Part shown: positions 26,122 through 37,718 of the stretch, in pieces
How positions within the stretch are numbered: the first letter of the stretch is position 1
Layout: each line of letters begins with the position of its first letter
Assembly: GCA_951406725.2 (NCBI GenBank)
Contig: OX597833.1
Location: 61,256,001-61,320,000, forward strand
Origin: Octopus vulgaris
Lineage: Eukaryota
Reading direction: 5' to 3'
Length of the DNA: 64,000 bases
Made by a program: the position numbers and the translations under genes
The notes under the pieces: model-generated
What the model was told of the DNA's origin: nothing
The model's database searches: none
Seen by the model: only the letters and a program-made list of their open reading frames with translations

Positions 26122-26269
26122 CAAGTGCTTTCCGGACTTCTTCATCAGACATGGTCTTTGTACGATCCTCTTTCTTCCGTCGGGTTATGACATCTTCCTC
26201 ATTGCTATCTTTGACCCTTTCTTCAACGACCCCATCAAAAACATCATTACCCTTTTGTGCCTGTGCGTC
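26122..26269 (-). CDS. PAK3: PAK coding exon 3 (acidic linker; not in the ORF track)
   Basis: ttccag/GTAAAT, phase 0 to 1. DAQAQKG...RRKKEDRTKTMSDEEVRKAL aligns with PAK1 KMSDEEILEKL. Confidence 0.87.
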
Positions 26270-26391
26270 CTGGAATCAAAAATGGTACAATGAAAGCTAT
26301 ACCAGAATAATCATTAAACACAAAATTCCACAAGCAGATATGGTCGAATCATAGTGTTGGGTTTAGAACCATTATTAGATGGATGTCAGTG

Positions 26392-26429
<38 letters not shown>

Positions 26430-26665
26430 AGGGTTGTAGATATAAATAGGGCAGCAATAGATATCAATAGAATAGAAATCAAAATCAAATTCGATGACTG
26501 GCATCCGTGCTAGTGGGGTGCAAAGAGCACCATACGAGTGTGATCATTGACAGAGCGGCTGACCGGCTTCCATGCCAGTGGCACTTAAAAGGGACCATTC
26601 AAGTGTGATCTTTGCCAGTGTCGCCTTGCTGGCACTCGGGCCCCGTGCTAGTGGGGTTTGGTAAA

Positions 26666-26700
<35 letters not shown>

Positions 26701-27438
26701 CATTATAGATACAGGGTAAAAAATTATTAATTTAATAAATTAACAAATTTTACCAAGTAGTTTTCGGTATGGAAAAGAACCATATTCGGTAAAAACTTAT
26801 ACAAAAAGTTTTTTTAATATATAATTATAACAATAATTAAGGGTTTAGCAACGAGTTGCTTCACCACATACCGAAAATATTAGAAATAGCAGCCAAAAAA
26901 CCACTATTTCTTTTTCCAACAAAATATGTTATCTGTGGCGTAGGAGTGGCTGTGTGGTAAGTAGCTTGCTTACCAACCACATGGTTCCGGGTTCAGTCCC
27001 ACTGCGTGGCACCTTGGGCAGGTGTCTTCTACTATAGCCTCGGGCCGACCAAAGCCTTGTGAGTGGATTTGGTAGACGGAAACTGAAAGAAGCCTGTCGT
27101 ATATATGTATATATATATGTTTGTGTGTCTGTGTTTGTCCCCCCAACATCGCTTGACAACCGATGCTGGTGTGTTTACGTCCCTGTAACTTAGCGGCTCG
27201 GCAAAAGAGACCGATAGAATAAGTACTAGGCTTACAAAGAATAAGTCCTGGGGTCGATTTTCTCGACTAAAGGCGGTGCTCCAGCATGGCCACAGTCAAA
27301 TGACTGAAACAAATAAAAGTGTAAAAGAGTAAAGAGTGTGGAGACATATTTTGTAGGAAAAAGAAATAGCGGTCTTTTGGCTGCTATTTCTAATATTTTC
27401 GGTATGGGGTGAAGCAACTCGTTGCTAAACCCTTAAGT

Positions 27439-27469
<31 letters not shown>

Positions 27470-27663
27470 GGTTGTTATGTTGCTTTGATAACATATTAGG
27501 TTAGCTAGGATGATGTCAATATTACAATAAACAATAATATGTTGTGCATGTATAGTAACATTACTATCATGAAATTAGCATTAGCTTATTTCACTCTTTC
27601 TTGTGGAACCCCTAGGAACCTTTTGCGGAACCCGGGTTGAGAAACACTGGTTTATATATTTAC

Positions 27664-27832
27664 CTCTTTACTACATTCGTCCGGTGAAATATTATCAATC
27701 TCATCATCTGACTGTCTGATGTTTGACGCCACCACCATAATCTTTATATCTGAAGGTTTCCGCTTAATAGATTTCTGGAACGTTTTTAGTGCTGTTATTA
27801 CAGTTTCTGGATTTTCTTCCTGTTCTTTGGTC
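27664..27832 (-). CDS. PAK3: PAK coding exon 2 (autoinhibitory segment)
   Basis: ttcttcag/GTAAAT boundaries, phase 2 to 0. TKEQEENPETVITALKTF aligns with PAK1 KSEQKKNPQAVLDVLEFY. Confidence 0.88.
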
Positions 27833-28309
27833 CTGAAGAAAGACAAAAAAAAAAAAAAAGCAAATTAAGTCATTTGGTTTCCACCCAAATAAATTGCAAG
27901 TGACATTACCAAAAATCAATATTACAAATTTTTCCGCGTCTATTTGATTCAATGACTCACTTCTGAGCTGCAGAGAGACCCTCTCTATGTGGTCACTTGA
28001 TTCACTAAAAACAGCAGCCAAATCTCCAACAAATAACACTTTAATATAATAAAAAGGGAAGGTTTCAGTGGCGTAAAAATTCCCCACCTGGATGGGACGC
28101 TGGTCCGTCGCAGGATTACTCATTTTTGCCAGCTGAGTGGAACTGGAGCAATGTGAAAATGAAGTGTTTTGCCCAAGAACACAATGCATCGCCCGATCCA
28201 GGAATCGAAACCACAACCTTACGATCATGGGTTCAACACCCTAACCACTAAGCTATGTGCCTCCACTGAGTAGTATTGTGCTTGTTGATGAGAGATTAAA
28301 GGTATAGAG

Positions 28310-28528
28310 CAGTGCTTTTCAAACTTTTTGCCGGAGCAGAACCCCAAGGAAACATTCCACTAGCTCGAGGAACCCCTGTGCAATAATTTAATAGCCTTAT
28401 GCACACATATCTGCACAGGAGAATTAAAAATTACTGCCGATTTTAGCAGTTTTGTAACTTCTTGCGGAACCCCTGGACTGTACTGGCAGAACCCTAAGGT
28501 TCCGCGGAACCCTGGTTGAAAACCACTG
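28310..28528. mobile_element. hAT (Charlie-like) MITE, 219 bp
   Basis: TIRs CAGTGCTTTTCAA/TTGAAAACCACTG; perfect 8-bp TSD GTATAGAG at 28302-28309 and 28529-28536. Confidence 0.92.
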
Positions 28529-28644
28529 GTATAGAGGGACAGGGAAAGGTGCCTTACATGGATAGCCCCAGTCAGAAAAGAAAGGAAGGCGATACAGAAC
28601 CAGGAAGAACGTAATGAGAATGTTAAAGAGGAAGAAAAACTTAC

Positions 28645-28814
28645 GTGATTTCAGATTTGTTGAGAAGAGCCTGCCATGTTGGTGGCATTCCCACAAACAT
28701 TTTGGTGTCATTATCAAACCCAACATGGAAATTTTGTTTGACATTATACGGAGATGAAATCGCCATTGGTTTTTCAACCTCAACGATTGATGGCTTCTTG
28801 AATCGGGCAAACAT
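28645..28814 (-). CDS. PAK3: Group I PAK kinase, first recognisable coding exon (CRIB/PBD and start of autoinhibitory domain)
   Basis: Exon 28840-28645, bounded by ttttcag and GTAAG; ATG at 28814. MFARFKKP...ISSPYNVKQNFHVGFD...GMPPTWQALL resembles the PAK PBD. The frame is open upstream of the ATG, so an earlier coding exon is possible. Exact paralog (PAK1/2/3) uncertain. Confidence 0.88.
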
Positions 28815-29027
28815 TTTTGCAGCAACGTGTACCAAGAACTCTGAAAATAAATAAATAAAATAAAATAAAATAAAATAAAATAAAGAACAATGAAAACCAG
28901 CTGAAAGTGCAAAAAATAATCTTACTGAAAAAAGTAAAATAACATGAGCAGATAACTATGTTTGACTCAATCTGCCTTGTGGATAAATAGGTAGCAACAG
29001 CAAAGTGAAGAGAGACCCAAATATACC

Positions 29028-29442
29028 TATTTCTTTACTACCCACAAGGGGCTAAACACAGAGAGGACAAACAAGGACAGACAAACGGATTAAGTCGATT
29101 ATATCGACCCCAGTGCGTAACTGGTACTTATTTAATTGACCCCGAAAGGATGAAAGGCAAAGTCGACCTCAGCGGAATTTGAACTCAGAATGTAAAGATA
29201 GGCGAAATACCTATTTCTTTACTACCCACAAGGGGCTAAACACAGAGAGGACAAACAAGGACAGACAAACGGATTAAGTCAATTATATCGACCCCAGTGC
29301 GTAACTGGTACTTATTTAATCGACTCTGAAAGGATGAAAGGCAAAATCGACCTCGGCAGAATTTGAACTCAGAATGTAGCAGCAGACGAAATACTGCTTA
29401 GCATTTCGCCCGGCATGCTAACGTTTCTGCCAGCTCACCGCC

Positions 29443-29443
<1 letters not shown>
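29028..29443 (-). mobile_element. SINE family A dimer
   Basis: Units start at 29028 and 29212 (period 184). Confidence 0.88.
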
Positions 29444-29509
<66 letters not shown>

Positions 29510-29590
29510 TATATAAAATGTGACCACGAATGTACCGTTGGCGATTTTCTTTCCTCCATCTTCCCTTCTCTGGATCTTTCCTTCTCCTAT

Positions 29591-29625
29591 GTTTCCGACG
29601 AAGAGCTCCACTCAAAACGTTAAAC
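29591..29625 (+). ncRNA. Degenerate minimal type I hammerhead-ribozyme motif
   Basis: GTTT-CCGACGA-A-GAG(ctcca)CTC-AAAA-CG-TT-AAAC: helix I GTTT/AAAC, palindromic ACGT helix III. Core deviations U4C and G12A. Confidence 0.45.
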
Positions 29626-30604
29626 CCTCCTTCTTTCCTGAGCGTCCAATAATACTATAGTTGTCCCACGTCCTCGCGTTATTGTTTTTTTTTGTGCTTT
29701 CATGTTTGGATTAACTTTATTTATATATATATATATACACACACACACAATCATACATCCATATGTACATATGACAGGCTTCTTTCAGTTTCCATCTACC
29801 AAATCCACTCACAAGGCTTTGGTCAGCCCAGGACTGTGCTGCGCTGTTGAGTGAACCCACATTGTTGGGATGCAAGCTTCCTAACCACAACACAAGTTTA
29901 GAAATGGTTTAGAGTAAAGGGTGGGGGGTAGGAGTAGTACTGGTAGCAGGGAGATATAAAAGGGGTTGTCTTCAACACCAATAATGTCCCCTACTAATTT
30001 CAAAGACTCTCACAGACATGATGTCAGGACAATAAATATTGTTAAAAGTCCAATTTAAACAACATAACTATTGTTTTTGCTATTTAGCCCCAGGTCAGTC
30101 CTGATCAGACAGGATTTTTTTTTATCAGATATGTTAGACTTTCAACGATCCCATCTTAATTCTTAGTGTAGTTCAACTATGACATAACACAATATGTCCC
30201 CCCTCCACACCATTTTTCACTGTTATTTCTAGCAAAGTTAAGCTTCTTTCTTAGGCAGCCAGAACTTAATTTTTAAGGAAAAAAAAAAAAAAGTTGGGAC
30301 TGTAGGCTGAGCTAAATGGGTGTCAAGTACAGCATGAGTGTATATATAAATATATATATAAATATATATATATATATTTAATTATTTATATATATATAAG
30401 TAGTTAGAAATGAGGAGGAGGAATAGAGAACGGAAGCAAGATTTTGATTGGATGATAAATATAATAATTAAAAAAATAACTGCAAACTGTCTCACTGATC
30501 AAGTGTTACACACACACACACAGTAGAACTATGTTACAGTAAGATCATTTTTCCTTTTGAAAAGCTGATCAAATAGCAGAGACAATAGACTTATGTCCCT
30601 TTAA

Positions 30605-30782
30605 CCCTTTAGCATTCAGATTACTATGTCAAATGTAATTTGACAGAGTAATTATTCGTTCACATTGTTTTGAAATGGTCATGCACTATCTCATAGCTTT
30701 GAGAGGCTGGATCTGGCTGGTTTGAACACAAAACAGGTAGAATATTTTTTCGTAGAATACAGCTGGTTTAAATGCTAAAGGG
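30605..30782. mobile_element. piggyBac-type MITE (related copy ~36981-37190)
   Basis: TIRs CCCTTTAGCATT/AATGCTAAAGGG; left TTAA, right site degenerate (tcga). Confidence 0.75.
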
Positions 30783-31593
30783 TCGAGTTCTTAATCCCCA
30801 TCTTGTTGATCAACTTCACCAGAGTCGTTTTACAGTATTAGAAAGTCAGCATAGTTTTAGCACTTGAAAAATGACCTACTCAATATCTTTGCATACTCAC
30901 CACTTGTACTAAATCATCCTCATATATTAATCTTTCTATCAGATTTATATTTAAATGTTAAATGATTAATAATTTATAAACCTCCGTGTAGCCACATCTA
31001 CTGTGCAACCGAGACATTAAAAAACAAAGGCCTCAATTGTTTTGAATAAGTGGTAATATAAAACTTGGAATAAAAAAAACAACAACATTGAAAATCCCAA
31101 TTCTTCCATTATTTATTACTAAGGTGGCAAGCTGGTGGACTCATTAGCATGCTGGACAAAACGCATTTCTTCAGGATCCTTATATCCTGAGTTCAAACCC
31201 AGCTGAGGTCAACTTTGCCTTTTTTTACTTTCAGGCTTGGTGGACTAAAGTACCAGTCAAATACTGGGATTCATATAACTGACTTGGCCCTGCCCTTGAA
31301 ATTTCAGACCTTGTGCCTATAGCAGAAAGAGTTAATATTATTAAATCACCATCATCGACAACCCTTAGGTTTGTATACACAGTCACAGAAGACATTTTCA
31401 AAAAATCGATATACATTATAGATGTAAACATGGCTGTGTGGTAAGAAGTTTGCTTTCAAACCACAGGTCTCCAGGTTCAGTCCTACTGCATGGCACATTG
31501 GGTAAGTGTCATGTGTAGCCTTAGGCCAACCAAAGCCTTGTGAGTGAATTTGTAAGATAAAAACTGAGAGAAGCCTGATGTGTGTGTGTGTGC

Positions 31594-31637
<44 letters not shown>

Positions 31638-31639
31638 AA

Positions 31640-31996
31640 TGGAAATAAAAATCAAATGGAAATTGTAGTTAAGATACCTAAACTGGTGGCATGTAAAAAG
31701 CACTGTCCGAATGTGGCAGATGCCAGCGCCGCCTGACAGGCGTCCGTGTTGGTGACAGGTAAAAGCACCAACCAATCATGGCTGTTTGCCAACCTTGTCT
31801 AGCCCCAGTGCTGGTGGCACGTAAAAAACACCCACTACACTCACGGAGTGGTTGGCGTTAGGAAGGGCATCCAGCTGTAGAAACACTGCCAGATCAAACT
31901 GGAGCCTGGTGCAGCCTCCATGGCTTACCAGACCCTGGTCGGACCATCCAACCCATGCTAGCATGGAAAACGGATGTTAAATGATGATGATGATGA
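31640..31996 (+). mobile_element. SINE family C (others ~32510-32756, 34410-34687, 53623-53950, 55232-55650, 60981-61310)
   Basis: Multi-copy body and (GAT)n tail. Confidence 0.8.
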
Positions 31997-32030
31997 TATA
32001 TATATACTTTATTTAAAAGCAGCAGAAATA

Positions 32031-32085
32031 TAACAAAAGCTGTTACTCAGAGTTTCACGTTCCAGTTCATCGGACAGTTTTGTTA
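32031..32085 (-). ncRNA. Type I hammerhead-ribozyme motif
   Basis: TAACAAAACTGT-CCGATGA-AC(tggaac)GT-GAAA-CTC-T-GAG-TA-ACAG(C)TTTTGTTA: 12-bp helix I with one bulge, GUA cleavage triplet, U4C core variant. Confidence 0.6.
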
Positions 32086-32477
32086 AAATAGAACAGAAAT
32101 GACGATATGATCAAAACTAGTTAAAGGATACACCTTTGAAAATGGATTTGTTTCATTGGTCCTTTCCTGATCAGGCAGGATTTTTTTTATCAGATATGTT
32201 ATACTTTTAACAATCCTATCTTAATTCTTAGTATAACATACCATACAGCCCCCACCGCCATACACACACTGTACATATTCGTTTCTGTTCTACTTGATTG
32301 GCCATTGTCTGGTGGCTTTTTGGCTAGCTTGTAGACTACTTGTTTACTTCCTGCGACAATATAAACTTGGCCTGCAGACTAGCAATCCTGAGGAGTTACA
32401 TAACTTACACAATGAACATCAGCAAATTATGAAATAATTGTAGCCAATATTCTATCTATATTCCACTCATGCATATA

Positions 32478-33014
32478 TTGGGTTAGCAAGAAAAGAATTT
32501 CGTTTTTCATGGTACATAAAAAACACCATTTGAGCGTGGCCGTTGCCAGTACTGCTTGACGGACCCTCGTGCCAGTGGCACGTAAAAGCACCCACTACAC
32601 TCTCGGAGTGGTTGGTGTTAGGAAGGGCATCCAGCTGTAGAAACTCTGCCAGATCAGATTGAAGTCTTGTGCAGCCATCTGGTTTGCCAGACCTCAGTCA
32701 AATCGTCCAACCCATGCTAGCATGGAAAGCGGACATTAAACGATGATGATGATGATGCAAATAATTACAATTTGAATGACTTTTGTCAATGTTATGATTT
32801 TTTTTCCTTTTGACAGTCCATTACTTTTAGCTTACTTCAGAAGCAAATTGCGCAAAATTTTGTTTACAGCTGTTACTTCAGTGTCATTTTTAACATGGAG
32901 TATAAAAACGAGCATTTTCACCTTATTTTGCTTTATTTCTGTAAAGGCAAGAAAGCTGCTGAGGCTCACAAAGAGATATGTGAAGTTTATGGTGTTGATT
33001 GCTTAACCGAATGC
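32478..33014 (+). mobile_element. Mariner transposon 5' remnant (TIR plus transposase N-terminus), interrupted by SINE C
   Basis: TA followed by TTGGGTTAGCAAGAAAAG TIR-like end. 32895-33014 encodes MEYKNEHFHLILLYFCKGKKAAEAHKEICEVYGVDCLTE, a mariner-type N-terminal HTH. Confidence 0.82.
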
Positions 33015-33748
33015 CACCACCACCACCACTTTTGTTCCTTCTTGAGCCATGCCTAGCTCATAAGGGCTGGTTTCTGGGTTTCCTTGGTGTATAGGTTCCC
33101 CACCTGGACAGGACGCCAGTCCGTCGCAGGTGAGCTGCAAGATGCAGGAGGAAAGAGTGAGAGAAAGTTGTGGCGAAAGAGTCAGCAGAAGTTCGCCATT
33201 ACCTTCTGCCGGAGCCGCGTGGAGCTTAGGTGTTTCGCTCAGATTCGAACCCGCAATCCCTCGACCACGAGTCTGCTCTAACCACTAGGCCATGTGCCTC
33301 CACCCCACCACCACTTGACAATCGGTGTTGGTTTATTTACATCCTTATAACATAGTGGCTTGGCAAAAGTTCCTAATAGAATAAGTACCAGACTTGGGGG
33401 AGAAAAAAAAAAAAAAACTGGTTGATTGTTCAATTAAACATTCTTTGAAGCAGTGCTCCAGTATGGTTGCTGACTAACGACCAAAACAAAATAAAAAAAA
33501 AAATATCTATCCTGAGAGAGTATCCGTTGATCAGGACACTATTTACTAGGATGCACTTGAAAAACATCGTCAGATGGAGGTGGGGAGTGAGATAACGAGA
33601 AGACAATGACGTCACAAACTTTGTTATGTATCCTTATTCTTCCTCCTCTATCTCACTCCTCTTGTTTCAATCCACTACTTGCTTTCCCCATCCCAACTTT
33701 TCTAATGTTTACCTCTCACATAGAATGCATGTCCCTCTTCACAATCCA

Positions 33749-33843
<95 letters not shown>

Positions 33844-34189
33844 TTTTCTTTTCTCGTTAAAAATGCTCCCGCTCCCAGTCTTTCTGCCTACCAATCAATT
33901 CCATCCTTTATTCTCTCTCTCTCTAGCAGAACTCTTCCTCTGTTAAGATATACTTCATCCTGCTCCCTTTCCATGCCAACTCAATTTTCTCAGCAAACAA
34001 ACAGAATATACACAACAATAACAACACTGCATGGCACCTAGGGCATGTGCCTTCTGCTATAGACTCGGTCTGACCAAAGCCTTGTGAGTGGATTTGGTAG
34101 ATGGAAACTAAAAGAAGCCCATCGTGTGTGTGTGTGTATGTATGTATTTGTATCTATCCCTCCCCACTATCACTTGACAACTGATGTTA

Positions 34190-34330
34190 TAAGGTTGTCC
34201 CAAAAGTTCGTAGAAAGTCTTGGAAAATAATGGTCTTTATTTTGAGGAATAATTTTTGTTGTTTTTGTTAGTACTTGGCGAGTAAAAATTCAATTTTCGC
34301 AAGTGTTTACGAACTTTTGGGACAACCTAA
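34190..34330. mobile_element. Tc1/mariner-type MITE (141 bp) within a SINE B relic
   Basis: 23-bp TIRs with 1 mismatch (TAAGGTTGTCCCAAAAGTTCGTA); TA on both sides. Confidence 0.88.
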
Positions 34331-36512
34331 TAGTGTGTTTATGTCCCTGTAACTTAGAGGTTTGGCAAAAGAGACCGATAGAATAAGTACAATGTATGTT
34401 TTTTTAAAGCACGGCCTTGACTAGCTTCTGTGCCGGTAGCACAAAAAAAAAAAAAAAAAAAAGCACCAACTGATCGTGGCCGATGCCAGACCCCTCTGGC
34501 ACCTGTGCAGGTGGCACGTAAAAAGCACCCACTACACTCGTGGAGTGGTTGGCGTTAGGAAGGGCATCCAGCTGTAGAAACACTGCCAGATCAGACTGGA
34601 GCCTGGGGCAGCCCCTGGCTCCCCAGACCCCGGTCGAACCGTCCAACCCGTGCTAGCGCGGAAAACGGACGTTAAACGATGATGATGAATTTCCCACACT
34701 TGTATACTACTCAAGATAATTCTCAATAATTATGAACGTTGATGTTACCCCCCACCACACACACACACACACACAATTTCACTCACAAAGCATTGGTCGG
34801 CCCAAATCAAAAGTAGATGACATTTGCCCATCAGCATCATTATTTAGCATCCATTTTTCAATGATGGCATGGGTTGGACAGTTCAACCCATGTTCAAAGC
34901 AAAAGAATGTGCCTCCCGTGCCTGCTTTGGCATGGTTTCTATGGCTCGATGCCCTTCCTAATGCCAACTACTTTACAGAGTGTTGTAGGCACTTTGCTCT
35001 TTACATGGCATCTGTATTAATAAGGTCAGCAAGTAACCCACAAGACAAGACCTTTCAAATCTGTATTAATAAGGTCAGCAAGTAACCCACAAGACAAGAC
35101 CTTTCAAATGAGGGGAAATGTAGCACTGAGTAAAGTGGTTTTGTGCCTCAGTGGTTAGTCCTCAGTCTAACCGTCCAACCCATGCCAGCATGGAAAGCAG
35201 CCATTAAACAACGACAAATGATGAGAGGTTAAAGTGTGATAGAGGGACAGGAATGGGTGTCTTGCTGTAGAGGAGATACATGGGTACCCCAGTCGGAAAG
35301 GCAGAAGATCATCATCATCATTTAATGTCCATTTCCGTGCTGGCATGGGTTGAGCAGTTTGACAGGAGGTGGAAAGCCAGAGAACTGTACCAGACTCCAG
35401 TTGTCTGTTTGGCAGGATTTCTACAGTTGGCCGTCCTTTCTAATGCCAACCACTTTATAGAATGTAGTGGGTGCTTTTTATGTAGCACTGGCACAAAGAT
35501 ATGTCAAGAAATACCCTCAAATTACAGGAAGGTGAATACAAGAGAAGTGATACAGAGAATCCGGACAGGGTGAATGGGTAAGCTCTTGAGAGTGGGGAAG
35601 GAGAATGACAAGGTGAGGTGGGTGTACAAGGGAAAAGTGTTCAGTGGAAAATAAGATGGTATGGGATGATACTGAAAATGTGAGACAAAGGAGGTGATCC
35701 CAGGGAGGGTAAAAGTAGGGGGTTGAATGTGTGTAGTTCTATTCTCATAACACTGTGTAACACCATTTTTGTCCTTGGGCAGCAACTGTTATTTCCTATT
35801 TGTTTACCTCTAAAAGTATTAAAAATGGCTAATATTTCCTTCAAACTTTGCTTTTCTTACATTGATTCAAACCCCCAAAAATCCCTCTCAGCACATGGCT
35901 ATGATGCTTCCTGCACTACCTCTGTTCATAATCAGAAATGAATGTATTGTCAAGCAATTGACAAGCAAATCTGTGATATTGAGCAGAATATTTGCTATAA
36001 AGATAGTTCTGCTTCAGCAACTCAGGGCTGAATCTGTTTGAAATGTAATGGAGAATAGGTCAGTTTCAAAACATTGGTGTCCAGGTCACAAAAGCAAAGT
36101 TTGAAGTGATTAGCAGTTTTCTTTTGATTTCTAGATAGAAGCAAATAGGAAATAACACTTACTGACAACAACAGAAAAAAAAAATCTGTTCCAAAGAGAA
36201 TTAACATGGTAACTACCACAAGTACCATCGATGGTTAATCACAAACTTCACACAACTGTCATGTGCACCACTGGTGGTACCATTTCACAATTTGAAAAAA
36301 TAATTTATTCTGTATCTTTGATATGGTTTCAAGGCCATTTAAATAACACAAAAGCTACATATTAAAATTTAGTTATAAAATAAATTGAAATAAATTGAAC
36401 ACACATTCACCTCCTTCTGTCACAGCTGTCACTGCACAGAGAGCAATAGCACATGAGTTACGTGGCTACACAGGTAAGTTCCAGTAACAGGCCATGGCAG
36501 GTAACATATTAA

Positions 36513-37718
36513 CCCTTTTGATACCAACCTGCCTGAAACCGCCTCTGGCTCTGTAGTACAAATGTCTTATTTTCAAAAATTCTGCATTAAAATCTTCCAC
36601 CAAACTTTAGTCACATTTTATGTTCCTAACACTAAGCCTAATGATAACTAAGTTATTTTACTAAATTCTTTGTTATATTTAAAATTAATTGAAAGAAACA
36701 CAGAACATCTCAAAATAAATACAGTAACGAAAGGGTTAAAATATATAATAGAGAAACAATTCTTAACCCTTTCGATACCAACCCGGCTGAAACCTCCTCT
36801 GGATCTGTAGTACAAATGTCTTGTTTTCATAAGTGCTGAATTAAAATCTTCCACCAAACTTTAGTCACAATTTATGTTCCTAACACTAGCTTAATGATAA
36901 CTAAGTTATTTTACTAAACTCTTTGTAATATTTAAAATTAATTGAAAGAAACACAGAGCATCTGAGCGACAGGCTTATTCAACCTTTTAACTTTTAGTAT
37001 TCAGATTATTCTGCCAAATGTAATGTTAATTTATTCACATAGCTTTGAATTAATCCATTATCTCATAGCTTTGAGATTTTGATGTGATTGTTTATTATTA
37101 GCAGGACATTGCAGGGTAGGAGCGAGAGGCCAGATCTGGCCGGTTTGAGCATAAAACAGGAGGATATACGGGCCAGATATGGCTGGATTAACTCTTGATA
37201 CCAACCCGGCTGAAACCACCTCCGACTCTGTAGTACAAATGTCTTGTTTTCAAAAGTTCTGAATGAAAATCTTCCACCAAACCTTAGTCACAATTTATGT
37301 TCCTAACACTAGCTTAATGATAACTAAGTTATTTTACTAAATTCTTTGTTATAAATCCTTAAAAATGTTTTAGCCCGAAGGCCGCGGCCATGCTGGGGCA
37401 CCACCGCTGTGTATATGTTATATTTAAAATTGATTGAAAGAAACACAGAGCATCTCAAAAAAGGGTTAAAATATATAATAGAGAAACAATTCTTGACCCT
37501 TTCGATACCAACCCGCCTGAAACTGCCTCTAACTCTGTAGTACAAATGTCTTGTTTTCAAAAGTTCTGAATTAAAATCTGCCACTTAACCTTAGTCATGA
37601 TTTATGTTCCTAACACCAGCTTAATGATAACTAAGTTATTTTACTAAATTCTTTGTTATATTTAAAATTAATTGAAAGAACTACAGAGCACCTCAAAATA
37701 AAAACGGTAACGAAAGGG
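36513..37718. mobile_element. Cluster of four ~220-bp piggyBac-type MITE copies
   Basis: TTAA-CCCTTTyGATACC ... GTAACGAAAGGG-TTAA. Copies at 36513-36735, 36767-~36963, ~37192-37464 and 37497-37718. Confidence 0.85.

Noticed and set aside
26746-26793. Minus-strand TTTTA-CCGAATA-TGG...CCA-TACC-GAAA...TAAAA three-way-junction-like motif
   Set aside because: G8 is missing, extra bases precede GAAA and there is no proper helix III; too divergent to call.
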